DNA from: Nitrososphaera viennensis EN76
GTDB lineage: Archaea > Thermoproteota > Nitrososphaeria > Nitrososphaerales > Nitrososphaeraceae
Assembly: GCF_000698785.1 (NCBI RefSeq)
Contig: NZ_CP007536.1
Location: 1,440,001-1,472,000, forward strand
DNA: 32,000 nt
Direction of reading: 5' to 3'
This document shows positions 1 to 8,758 of the stretch, piece by piece. A program made the position numbers and the translations under genes. Position 1 is the stretch's first letter. Every line of letters begins with the position of its first letter. The notes under the pieces are model-generated. The model saw only the letters and a program-made list of their open reading frames with translations. It was not told the DNA's origin and did not search any database.

Positions 1-329
1 CGCGCCATCCTTGCCTCCATCGCCATCGCCCTGACGTCAAGTTTTTCCGCCCTTGCCACGCCGGTTATGCTGCTTTCCCACTCCCTTGCGACTTGCCTGT
101 TTGCGCTCGTGACTGCCACCGCGGCTATCGCGTACAGGTCCAGCCCCTGAAAACCCCGCTTGTTCCAGCTGCTGTCAATGCCGGCAGACTCGCACTTGGC
201 CGGCCTTGGCGCATAGTTCACCCAACGCGAGCCGGCCTGCGCCATTATCCTGTCATAGTTGACGTCCCTTATCCCGGCAAGCTTGGCCTCCCTGTTCCTT
301 ATTGCGTCAAGTATTATCTCGTTGAACAC
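1..329 (-). CDS. hypothetical protein, N-terminal part only (gene runs off the left edge)
   Basis: The minus-strand frame is open from a GTG at 329 to position 1 (FNEIILDAIRNREAKLAGIRDVNYDRIMAQAGSRWVNYAPRPAKCESAGIDSSWNKRGFQGLDLYAIAAV...). Composition is protein-like. The listed + ORF 93..344 looks like its antisense shadow. No family recognised and the start choice is uncertain. Confidence 0.35.
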   Translation of the reverse strand, partial: MFNEIILDAIRNREAKLAGIRDVNYDRIMAQAGSRWVNYAPRPAKCESAGIDSSWNKRGFQGLDLYAIAAVAVTSANRQVAREWESSITGVARAEKLDVRAMAMEARMA

Positions 330-370
330 GACCGCGACGGGTAACGTTGGAGCCCCGAGTTAAAAAGTGA

Positions 371-1678
371 TCAGGCGGAGGACATCCTGCTTGCTATTTC
401 CGCAGGGTCCCACATCGTCCTTGCCCTGCCTGCTTGTGCAAGCGCTCCCGCTTCCATCACCTGCGCCGCCACCTTTGCGGCCATCGGGAGCGCGCCCGTA
501 GCACCAGGCGAATTGTAGTTCAAAACGTGCACCGACGAATCGCGTTTTAGGATGAGCGTGTCAGGGACGAACCTGCCCTCGCGGTCTATGACTGACGAGC
601 GTATGCCTGCCGTGCCCCGCTCGGTAAAGGCAGAAGGCCTCAGCGCGGGCAGGAATTCCCTGACCCTGTTTATCATCGCAGTTTTTGAAAGTGAGCTTTT
701 CAATTCCGTGCTTGCAAGCGACAGGAACTGCCTGTCAAAGAACACCTTGCGGGCGCCTGTCGCCGACGACTCTATTATCTTGGGGAGCATGTCTGCGATG
801 TTCCTGCCTAGTGAATAGGCGTACGGCCCAAAGACGGGCACTGCGTTTGGCCCCACTTCGCGCCTGCCGTCCGCCCTCACTATCCAGTGCGGGTCAAGGA
901 ACGGGTACTCGGTATGTCTGGGGACTGAATACACAGACAGCCGGGTCAGGTCGCGGTACTGCTCTGGTGCCTGCCAGTACTCGCCCCGGAAGTGCAGGTC
1001 TGTGTATTCTCTGGCGACACCCATCGAGTGCGCAATGTCCACCGCGTTTCCGCCTGCAGCGTTTACGATAAACTCTGCTTCTATCTTGCGGCCCTGCCTA
1101 GTAGATATGACGTACGCACCAGCTTTGTTTTCCACCCGCGTGACACCGTGGCCGAGAAGAACTGCACACCCAAACGACCGGAGATCCTGCAAGAGGGTGC
1201 ATGAAAACGAGCCATAGTCGACTGAGCCGTCCTTGCCGCAGTATATGGCCGCCTCGCACCGCACGTTTGGCTCCATCTTTTTGGTGCCGGCCTTGTCGAG
1301 GAGCAGCAGATCGTCCTTGGCAAGACCGTTTGCCTCGCCCCACGACATGTACTTGTGCAGGCGGTCTATGCTGCGCTCATCGGTTGCCACTTCAAGCACG
1401 CCGTCGCGCTCAAACGGCAGGCCCCGGGCCTGTGCAAACTTTTCCCACATTTCAAAGCCAAGCGATGCGGCCTTGGCAAACAGCTTTTTCTTTGCAGGAT
1501 CATAGAGGAAGGGCGCGTGCACCTTGCCGGTGTTGCGGCTGCTGGTGTGCCGGGCTATGTCAAGCTCTTGCTCCACCAGAGCCACAGAACCCGGGTCCCT
1601 TGCCTGTCCGGAAAGGAAATACGCAATCGAGGTGCCGAGGATCCCGCCTCCTATCACAGCCACGGAGTACAAGCGCAA
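371..1678 (-). CDS. lhgO: FAD-dependent oxidoreductase, L-2-hydroxyglutarate oxidase (LhgO)-like
   Basis: 435-aa ORF with an N-terminal Rossmann motif (VAVIGGGILGTS). Blocks are colinear with my memory of E. coli LhgO: HTSSRNTGKVHA, FRGEYW, VGPNAVP, GIRSSV, NYNSPGATGALP. TTG start with an A/T-rich box about 24 nt upstream. Confidence 0.8.
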   Translation of the reverse strand: MRLYSVAVIGGGILGTSIAYFLSGQARDPGSVALVEQELDIARHTSSRNTGKVHAPFLYDPAKKKLFAKAASLGFEMWEKFAQARGLPFERDGVLEVATDERSIDRLHKYMSWGEANGLAKDDLLLLDKAGTKKMEPNVRCEAAIYCGKDGSVDYGSFSCTLLQDLRSFGCAVLLGHGVTRVENKAGAYVISTRQGRKIEAEFIVNAAGGNAVDIAHSMGVAREYTDLHFRGEYWQAPEQYRDLTRLSVYSVPRHTEYPFLDPHWIVRADGRREVGPNAVPVFGPYAYSLGRNIADMLPKIIESSATGARKVFFDRQFLSLASTELKSSLSKTAMINRVREFLPALRPSAFTERGTAGIRSSVIDREGRFVPDTLILKRDSSVHVLNYNSPGATGALPMAAKVAAQVMEAGALAQAGRARTMWDPAEIASRMSSA

Positions 1679-1694
1679 GACAGCATTGCACTTT

Positions 1695-1741
1695 GATTAT
1701 ATTTATTGTTCTTGGAAGGGCGCCCGTAAAACGTTTAATAC
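1695..1741. promoter_or_regulatory. divergent promoter region with two TATA-like boxes (lhgO-like gene leftward, polB rightward)
   Basis: aataaatataat (minus sense, 1696-1707) is centred about 24 nt from the TTG at 1678. tttaatac (1734-1741) is centred about 30 nt from the TTG at 1767. This spacing fits archaeal TATA-to-TSS distance with leaderless or short-leader mRNAs. Confidence 0.35.
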
Positions 1742-1766
1742 GATACGTTGCGAGAGTCATTGATAA

Positions 1767-4457
1767 TTGGCGCAGCAGGAGGTTTTTTCACAGGAAAGGA
1801 GGAAGCGCTTTGATGACCTTCCCGAGCTCCCCGAGAACAGGCCGGCTCTTTTGCTTTCCGCAGTCTACTCTGGCGAAGAAAGAAAGGTCTATTTGAAATT
1901 CTACGATCCCCGCGACAACGTAATTTACCACTGGCGCGACAGGACAGGCCACCTGCCGTACGCCTACAGCAAGATCCAGTACGCTGACGCGGTGGACCAG
2001 ATAGTGGAAAAAGAGACGAAATACAAGGTCGAGCGCATGAAGAAAAAAGACGTAATCGCCGATCAAGAGATTGATGTATTAAAGATAACCGCGCCAGACC
2101 CGCTTTCCATAGGCGGCACCGACAACAGCCTGCGCGAAAAGGTGCGCTGCTGGGAAGCCGATATAAAATATCACGAAAACTACCTTTACGACCGCGGCCT
2201 GATACCGGGCACCTACTACGTCAGACACGGCGACAAGATAGAGCAGCACATGTACAAGATCTCTGACAAGGTCGAGTTTGAGCTCAAGGGCCTGCTGTGG
2301 GACAAGATAAAGGAGGAGGGCGAAGGGGGCAAGGAATACAGGCAATATGTAACAACATGGGCCAACCTGCTCAACCAGCCCATACCGGAGTTAAAACGCG
2401 TTGCAGTAGACATTGAAGTCGAGTCGGAGGAGGGCAGGATGCCTACGCCCCGCGACCACGACAGGCGCGTCACCGCGGTGGGCTTTGCGGGAAGCGACGG
2501 CCTGCGCAAAGTCCTGGTGCTTGGCGAGAACATGGTCGACAACGGCAAGCCCCTCATCAAGGAGGCAGAGGTGTGCAAGAGCGAAAAAGAGCTTTTGGAA
2601 AAAGCCTTTGCGGTAATCAACTCTTATCCCATAGTCCTGACGTTCAACGGCGACGACTTTGATCTGCCGTACCTCTATGCACGCTCGCAGGACGCGCGCA
2701 TCAGCAGCGACGGCAGGGCGATTCCAAAAGACGCCGTGCCCATAATCGTCAAGAAAGAGTCGTTCATCAAGCACGGCATGCAGGCCGAGCCGGTGGGGAT
2801 TCGCCACGGCGTCCACATCGACCTTTTCCGCACGTTCCAGAACCGCTCGATCCAGATCTACGCCTTTAGCCGGAAATACACGGAATTCACGCTCAACGCC
2901 ATCTGCGAGGCGCTTTTGGAAGACACAAAGCTGGAGTTTGAAGGCGATATCAGCGACCTTCCCATGCAGACGCTTGCCGAATACTGCATGAAAGACGCCG
3001 ACCTGACGTTCCGGCTCACCAGCTTTGGCGACAACCTGCTCATGAAGCTGCTGGTAGTCATTGCGAGAATAGGGCGCCTGTCAGTAGACGACATTGCCCG
3101 CTTTGGAGTCAACCAGTGGATCAGAGGCATATTGTACTACGAGCACAGGCAGCGCAATGAATTGATACCGCGGACAGACGAGCTGCATGAAAAGGGCACC
3201 GCGTCCACCGCGGCCGTCATCAAGGAGAAAAAGTACCGTGGCGGGGAGGTGGTAGAGCCGACTCCGGGCATCCACTTTAACGTAGTCGTCCTTGACTTTG
3301 CGTCGCTGTACCCGAGCATAATCAAGGTGCACAACCTCTCGTACGAGACGATAAACTGCGTGCACCCGCAATGCAGGGAAACGGGCAAGATAGAGGGCAC
3401 AACCCACTGGGTGTGCCAGCAGCGAAAGGGGCTGTCGTCGCTTCTCATCGGGTCGCTTCGCGACCTGCGCGTCAACTATTACAAGTTCCTGTCAAAGGAC
3501 AAGACGCTCCCCGCGCAGGAGCGCCAGCTCTACAACGTGGTAAGCCAGGCTATCAAGGTCATTTTGAACGCAAGCTATGGCGTCATGGGCGCCGAGATCT
3601 TTCCATTGTATTGCTTGCCTGTCGCCGACGCGACTGCCGCAATCGGCAGGAACACCATCAACGCAACCATCGACAAGTGCAAGGAGCTTGGCATCGAGGT
3701 CGTGTATGGCGACACGGACTCACTTTTCCTGAAAGAGCCTTCGCAGGAGTCAATAAACAAGGTAGTCACGTGGGCCAAGGACCAGCTTGGCGTCGACCTA
3801 GAAATAGACAAGCAGTACCGCTACGTCGTTTTCAGCGACCTGAAAAAGAACTACCTTGGCGTCTTGCCGGACGGCACGGTCGACGTCAAGGGCCTGACGG
3901 GCAAAAAGTCGCACACGCCTCCCTTTATACGCAACGCCTTTTATGAAATCCTCAGCATACTTGGCAGGGTCGGCTCCCAGAAGGACTTTGAAAGCGCAAA
4001 GGAGAGCATCAAGAACATCATCCAGCGCGACGCCAAGAACCTCGAATCGCACAAGATCCCGATGCCGGACCTGAGCTTCAACGTCATGATAAACAAGTCG
4101 CTTGCAAGCTATGGCAAGAAGGTCAACTCTGTCAAGACGATGGACGGCAAGGCCGCTCAGGTAGAGACCTACAAGGGCCTGCCGCAGCACATCAAGGCGG
4201 CAAAACTGCTTGCAGACAGGGGCAAGGAGATCAAGGCCGGCGACATTATCTCGTACGTCAAGACAAAGAACGGCGACGGGGTCAAGCCGGTCGAGCTTGC
4301 CAAGGCCGAAGAGATTGACACAGAGAAATACCTGGAGGCTATGGAATCGACGTTTGACCAGGTGCTTGGCGCGCTCAGCTTTGACTTCAAGTCGATGCTG
4401 GGCAAGCCCCGGCAGCAGAGCCTCGATGAGCTCTTTTGGAGCAAGCCTTCAATGTAA
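1767..4457 (+). CDS. polB: family B DNA polymerase
   Basis: 896-aa ORF. Exo I VAVDIEVE, Exo II FNGDDFDLPY, Exo III YCMKDADLT, motif A DFASLYPSII, motif B KVILNASYGVMG, motif C YGDTDSLF. TTG start; no in-frame ATG nearby. Confidence 0.95.
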   Translation: MAQQEVFSQERRKRFDDLPELPENRPALLLSAVYSGEERKVYLKFYDPRDNVIYHWRDRTGHLPYAYSKIQYADAVDQIVEKETKYKVERMKKKDVIADQEIDVLKITAPDPLSIGGTDNSLREKVRCWEADIKYHENYLYDRGLIPGTYYVRHGDKIEQHMYKISDKVEFELKGLLWDKIKEEGEGGKEYRQYVTTWANLLNQPIPELKRVAVDIEVESEEGRMPTPRDHDRRVTAVGFAGSDGLRKVLVLGENMVDNGKPLIKEAEVCKSEKELLEKAFAVINSYPIVLTFNGDDFDLPYLYARSQDARISSDGRAIPKDAVPIIVKKESFIKHGMQAEPVGIRHGVHIDLFRTFQNRSIQIYAFSRKYTEFTLNAICEALLEDTKLEFEGDISDLPMQTLAEYCMKDADLTFRLTSFGDNLLMKLLVVIARIGRLSVDDIARFGVNQWIRGILYYEHRQRNELIPRTDELHEKGTASTAAVIKEKKYRGGEVVEPTPGIHFNVVVLDFASLYPSIIKVHNLSYETINCVHPQCRETGKIEGTTHWVCQQRKGLSSLLIGSLRDLRVNYYKFLSKDKTLPAQERQLYNVVSQAIKVILNASYGVMGAEIFPLYCLPVADATAAIGRNTINATIDKCKELGIEVVYGDTDSLFLKEPSQESINKVVTWAKDQLGVDLEIDKQYRYVVFSDLKKNYLGVLPDGTVDVKGLTGKKSHTPPFIRNAFYEILSILGRVGSQKDFESAKESIKNIIQRDAKNLESHKIPMPDLSFNVMINKSLASYGKKVNSVKTMDGKAAQVETYKGLPQHIKAAKLLADRGKEIKAGDIISYVKTKNGDGVKPVELAKAEEIDTEKYLEAMESTFDQVLGALSFDFKSMLGKPRQQSLDELFWSKPSM

Positions 4458-4495
4458 TATAGTAGGTTTATTATCCGCGCTCTGAGAAAAAAGGC

Positions 4496-5431
4496 GTGTT
4501 GGACAAGGGCTTTTTCGACCTGTTTTTGGTGCCGGAAAAGACAAGGGCAGGCTATAGCTTTGCCGACACTCCTGTCAGGATCTCGTTCCAGGAAGCCAAG
4601 GTGGCAGTCTATGGCGTGCCTCTTGACGCGACCACGTCGTTTGGCAAGGGCACGGCGAGAGGGCCGGAGGCAATCAGGCTCACGTCTGCCCGGCAGATAG
4701 AGACTTTTGTGCTGGACGAAAAGGCCGACATTTACGAGCTGAGCCCGATATTCGACCTTGGCGACATAAAGATGCCAAAGGGCAGGGGCGCAAAGACTGT
4801 GCTTGCGTACCTTGACAGGACGATTCCACAGGTCGTATCTACGCTGCGGGAAAAGGACAAGATTCCCGTGATGCTCGGTGGCGAGCACACGCTTTCATAC
4901 TACCAGCTAAGGGCGCTGGCAGGCGAAAAGCCGTTTGTCATACACTTTGACGCCCACCGCGACATGAAGGCCGAGTACGAGGGCATGAAGTTCTGCCACA
5001 CGACTCCGTTCTACCATTTGCTGGAGTACATACCGGGCGAGGATTTCGTGCAGATAGGCATCCGCCAGACCGACAGGGAGGAAAACGACACTGCCATCAA
5101 GAGCGGCGTGACAACGTTTGACGCGTGGCAGGTGCACGACGACCTTGAAAAGGTAGCGGATTTTCTTGCCAAAAAGACGGCAGGCAGGAACATCTACATC
5201 TCGTTTGACATCGACGCTTATGACCTTCCGTACGTGCCCTGTACGGGGACGCCCGAGCCGTACGGCCTCGACCCGTTTCAGGTATTGCGCCTGATAAAGG
5301 CAATACACCCGTCAGCCAAGCTGGTAGGCATGGACATGGTCGAAGTCGGCCTGAAAAACGACGATTACCGCGAGGGCGCGCTTGCCACGCAGACCCTGTT
5401 GCGGATACTGTCGCGCAAGTACGCGCGCTAG
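4496..5431 (+). CDS. speB: arginase-family ureohydrolase, probably agmatinase
   Basis: 311-aa ORF with metal-binding signatures of the arginase/agmatinase fold: GGEHTLS, HFDAHRDM, SFDIDAYDLPY. Substrate assignment is inference; the family call is firm. Confidence 0.75.
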   Translation: MLDKGFFDLFLVPEKTRAGYSFADTPVRISFQEAKVAVYGVPLDATTSFGKGTARGPEAIRLTSARQIETFVLDEKADIYELSPIFDLGDIKMPKGRGAKTVLAYLDRTIPQVVSTLREKDKIPVMLGGEHTLSYYQLRALAGEKPFVIHFDAHRDMKAEYEGMKFCHTTPFYHLLEYIPGEDFVQIGIRQTDREENDTAIKSGVTTFDAWQVHDDLEKVADFLAKKTAGRNIYISFDIDAYDLPYVPCTGTPEPYGLDPFQVLRLIKAIHPSAKLVGMDMVEVGLKNDDYREGALATQTLLRILSRKYAR

Positions 5432-5595
5432 CAGAAGGGGGAGGGGCGTGCTTCCAGTGGAACACGGCAAATTGCAGTTACTTCTTTTATACAGCTGCAA
5501 GCCTACACCAACATTATAGAATCTCCCGGTTATCAGAATCAGGCGTTGAAAACAAAAGGTGATATAGTAAAAAAGTACCGCATAATTCTAGCATA

Positions 5596-5925
5596 TTGCC
5601 GTTTAAGGGTTTTGAGGTAGTAGGTCACAAGAATTTTATACAGACCTATGATTCTCTGCCCGAAAAGCACGAAATCAAGATACGCATTAGAGAAGTTCGC
5701 GATGAAATGCTGAGAGATATCAACAAAGGCGACTTTATCAAGAAAAAGCCGTATCCTGACAGATACCTAAAACTCAGCGTCAAGAACCTGTACGTTCATG
5801 ATCTTCCCAACACCCACAGGCTGATTTACACTATCAGGACGGATGAGGAAAAGAAAACCTACCAGTATCTGGATCTGCTGACACACAAGGAATATGATGT
5901 TCTGTTCGGCTATAGTACCAGTTAG
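5596..5925 (+). CDS. RelE/ParE-superfamily toxin-like protein
   Basis: 109 aa. The C-terminal half (LYVHDLPNTHRLIYTIRTDEEKKTYQYLDLLTHKEYDVLF) matches the RelE/ParE pattern (x-RhIY-x-I ... hhxh ... H+xxY), and the N-terminal F..TYDSLPEKHE..I resembles archaeal RelE. TTG start about 25 nt after atatagtaaaaaa. The gene sits in an A/T-richer patch. Confidence 0.5.
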   Translation: MPFKGFEVVGHKNFIQTYDSLPEKHEIKIRIREVRDEMLRDINKGDFIKKKPYPDRYLKLSVKNLYVHDLPNTHRLIYTIRTDEEKKTYQYLDLLTHKEYDVLFGYSTS

Positions 5926-6245
5926 AGAGGAATTGATTCTTCTAGAGACTTGATCGCTTCTGGACTGTCAACAAATGTCCATACGATGGTCCCGTCCCTT
6001 TCAAACATTATCTTGTTGCTCTTTTCCAGGTAATCCAGTATCGTCAAAAGTGTGTTATACTGCATTGATTTTGGCAGGCTCCTCCAGAGCTGGTTTTTCG
6101 AGGTGAATACCTTGTCGCTCTTGATGGCTTCCTCCACCATCTGAATGGTATCCAATCTGGGCATGTGTCCCGAAGGTTTTGAAAGTCTGGATACTTTTCG
6201 TCCAGCTGAATGCTTTCTGTTCTTCTGCACATGCACGTTCTTCAT
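5922..6245 (-). CDS. small winged-helix DNA-binding protein (putative regulator)
   Basis: 107 aa with an ATG start. It has a basic N-terminus followed by a wHTH-like segment (SKNQLWRSLPKSMQYNTLLTILDYLEKSNKIMFERDGTIVW). The 3' end interlocks with the RelE-like gene (TTAG at 5922-5925). Palindromes lie in its upstream region. Confidence 0.5.
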   Translation of the reverse strand: MKNVHVQKNRKHSAGRKVSRLSKPSGHMPRLDTIQMVEEAIKSDKVFTSKNQLWRSLPKSMQYNTLLTILDYLEKSNKIMFERDGTIVWTFVDSPEAIKSLEESIPL

Positions 6246-6254
6246 TATGCGTAG

Positions 6255-6290
6255 ACACCTACGTAGTAGAGCTATTTAGGTGTATACACC
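6255..6290. promoter_or_regulatory. operator-like palindrome cluster upstream of the wHTH gene
   Basis: A perfect 12-bp palindrome ggtgtatacacc (6279-6290), an 8-bp palindrome ctacgtag (6259-6266), and acaccta (6255-6261) inverted against taggtgt (6277-6283). All lie between a TATA-like box (about 6294-6300, minus sense) and the ATG at 6245. Confidence 0.4.
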
Positions 6291-6395
6291 TTTGTATAAT
6301 ACAAATATGTACCATACATGATTGTATGAAGCATCAACACTTCAACTTGTTTCTCGATAGACTGCATATCCTTTGCATTTCGCAAGTAGCATCTT

Positions 6396-8297
6396 TTAGG
6401 CCATTATCTGCGGCCTGACCGAAACGTACCTTGGCAGGTTCAGCGGCAGGTAGGGCTTGTCCTTTGTCTGCGCCTTTACCTCGTCTATCAGCTCCTGCAC
6501 GGTCATCTCGCGCTGCTTGCCCTCGTTTCTGTCGCGCACCATCAGCTTGCCGGAAGCCACTTCCTTGTCGCCGATGACTACGGTGTAGCGTATCCACTCT
6601 GTCTCTGACTCGCGGATCTTCTTTCCGACAGACTCGTCCCTGTCGTCAACGTCGGCGCGGATCTGGTTTGCAGACAGCTGCGCAAGCAGGTTGTCGCAGA
6701 ACTGCAAATGCTCCTTTGCCACCGAGATGACGCGCACCTGCGTGTGCGCAAGCCACAGCGGAAACGACGGTATGCCGCCCGTCTTTGACACCTTGGCCGC
6801 CTTTTCCATCAGCGCATACATCACGCGCTCGACCGCGCCCGAAGGCGAGTTGTGCAGTATTATCGGGTTCTTTTTCGTGCCGTCCTCGTCCACGTACTCG
6901 ATGTTGTAGCGCTTGCCGTTTTCCACGTCTATCTGGTCTGTTGAAAGCGCCGACGCCTTGCCGAGGCCGTCGACGTAGTTGAACTCCCATTTCAGCGTGA
7001 AATAAAAGAACCGCTCCTTCCACACCTCTGCAAGCACCGGCCTACCGAACTTGTTTATCAGCTCCGTGATAAAGTCCTTATTCTCGTTCCAGAAATCCTC
7101 AGTGAACCTGATTGCCATCTCGACGTCCTCGTTCTGGAGGCCAAGCGCATTTAGCACGCTTATCGAAAGCTCAAAGCGCTTGCGGAACTCCTCCTTTGCC
7201 TGCGCAAGGTCCTTGCAGAACGCGTGGCAGTCCGGCATTGTAAAGGCGCGCAGCCGGCGCAAACCTACGAGCTCGCCGGACTTTTCGCGCCTGAAAGAGT
7301 AGCGCGTCAATTCATAGAGCTTGAAGGGCATGTGCTTGTACGACACGTTCATGTCCTTTGCTATCAGGAATTGCCCAAAGCACGCCGCAAATCTCAAGAA
7401 TAGTTGTTTATTATCAGACTGTATGTTGTACTGCCTTGCAGGAAAGCGGTTAAAGTAGCTCTCCATCGATGGGTGCTTTGAATCGTACATGATTGGCGTT
7501 TCCACTTCGATGCCGCCGTACTCCATCACCCGGCGGGTCACGTACTGCTCGATGAGCGACTTCATCAGGCGCCCCTTGGGATAAAAGCGCATGTTGCCGA
7601 CGTCTGATGCCGGCTCGTAATCGGCTATTGCCATCTTTTTCATCAGGCGCACGTGCTCTGGCTGCTGGTTCACGGCGCGGTTCTTTGAAATTTCATAGTT
7701 TGTGAGCGTCTGGAGGTTTGCATCCTGCTTTTTGAACTTGTATTCGCTGACGGGGGTCAGAATGCCTCCCGGCTGCAGCACGTACCAGAACGACTTTAGC
7801 TTCTCCTCGTTCTTTAATGCTGTAGATTCTTTGCCCTCGTCGTGTTCGTGTTCGTGCTCGTGTAGGTGAACGTCTTCTGTTGCTTGCTTGGAAATCGCCT
7901 TGGCGTTTTCTGCCAGCGGATGGCCCTTGACCTTGATGTTGAACGACTTGGTCCAGCCAAAGGGCGACCTGTGCACTTCATCTACTGACTCTTTGGCAAA
8001 GCTTTCAACCGCCTTTACAATGCCTGCCGCCACGTCCGGCGCCGCAAGGTCGGAGCTCAGGTGCGCGTACGGGTAGACGAGAAGCCTTGACGCCTTTACG
8101 GTGTCCATGAATTTCTTGATCTCTCCTGCCGCCGCCTTGGCAACGCTTTCGTCGTCGTCGGTCTCTACTGCAACGAAAGCCACGACAAGATCTTCCAGTT
8201 TTACCTTGGCCTTTGAAGAAATGTCCTCGGCGCTTTTGATCTCCTTCTCGATGGGCTCGTACTCGATAAAATCAGAATGAAGTTGCAGCAGACGCAT
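6396..8297 (-). CDS. thrS: threonyl-tRNA synthetase, full-length archaeal type with N-terminal editing domain
   Basis: 633 aa. The N-terminus (MRLLQLHSDFIEYEPIEKEI...AED) is typical of the archaeal DTD-like ThrRS editing domain. It is followed by a class II core (FRREKSGELVGLRRLRAFTMPD, SPSGAVERV) and a C-terminal anticodon-binding region. Confidence 0.93.
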   Translation of the reverse strand: MRLLQLHSDFIEYEPIEKEIKSAEDISSKAKVKLEDLVVAFVAVETDDDESVAKAAAGEIKKFMDTVKASRLLVYPYAHLSSDLAAPDVAAGIVKAVESFAKESVDEVHRSPFGWTKSFNIKVKGHPLAENAKAISKQATEDVHLHEHEHEHDEGKESTALKNEEKLKSFWYVLQPGGILTPVSEYKFKKQDANLQTLTNYEISKNRAVNQQPEHVRLMKKMAIADYEPASDVGNMRFYPKGRLMKSLIEQYVTRRVMEYGGIEVETPIMYDSKHPSMESYFNRFPARQYNIQSDNKQLFLRFAACFGQFLIAKDMNVSYKHMPFKLYELTRYSFRREKSGELVGLRRLRAFTMPDCHAFCKDLAQAKEEFRKRFELSISVLNALGLQNEDVEMAIRFTEDFWNENKDFITELINKFGRPVLAEVWKERFFYFTLKWEFNYVDGLGKASALSTDQIDVENGKRYNIEYVDEDGTKKNPIILHNSPSGAVERVMYALMEKAAKVSKTGGIPSFPLWLAHTQVRVISVAKEHLQFCDNLLAQLSANQIRADVDDRDESVGKKIRESETEWIRYTVVIGDKEVASGKLMVRDRNEGKQREMTVQELIDEVKAQTKDKPYLPLNLPRYVSVRPQIMA

Positions 8298-8338
8298 ATC
8301 TCTTGATCACGGATCTATGCTAATTTATTTATAGTGTA

Positions 8339-8545
8339 TTAGCCCCATCTGGCCCTCTCGTTTTCCCTCTCTTCCTTGCTGGCCTTTTTCCATTCCTTGT
8401 AGTGCTCGTGGCACAGGTAGACGTGCTTTGAACTGTTGAGGCCCATGTCCGGGGCCATTGCGGCCTTGCTTCCGCTTATCGAACGTTCCGCCTTGTTTTC
8501 GCAGCCGCTGACGCTGCAAGAAACACCCTTATCGACTCGGCCCAT
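8339..8545 (-). CDS. small Cys/His-rich (zinc-binding?) protein
   Basis: 68 aa: CSVSGC...LCHEH, followed by a lysine/glutamate-rich tail. GC content is host-like. It lies directly downstream of thrS on the same strand. No family recognised. Confidence 0.5.
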   Translation of the reverse strand: MGRVDKGVSCSVSGCENKAERSISGSKAAMAPDMGLNSSKHVYLCHEHYKEWKKASKEERENERARWG

Positions 8546-8629
8546 AACTAACTACTACCCAAAAACCACCATATGTGTATATAAAAAGATGACTGGAATG
8601 CTTATGGAGGGCCTGCGCGAAGCTAGCCT

Positions 8630-8758
8630 ATGTATGGCCCCCTGTGCGAAAAGTGCCTCCACCCCCTAGAGCGCCACGGCTACGTGCTCACCCGGGCAAA
8701 CGGAAAAGAAGTGAGGCGCTGCGAGATAGGGGTATGCACCTGCGTCATAATGAAGTAA
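8630..8758 (+). CDS. 42-aa zinc-ribbon-like microprotein (below ORF-track cutoff)
   Basis: My own translation gives MYGPLCEKCLHPLERHGYVLTRANGKEVRRCEIGVCTCVIMK*. It has CxxC and CxxxxCxC pairs, an ATG start with an in-frame TAG two codons upstream, and a TATA-like tatataaaaa at 8577-8586. Confidence 0.3.
   Translation: MYGPLCEKCLHPLERHGYVLTRANGKEVRRCEIGVCTCVIMK

Noticed and set aside
93-344. 83-aa + ORF at the left edge.
   Set aside because: The opposite strand gives a longer, more protein-like frame that runs off the window edge.
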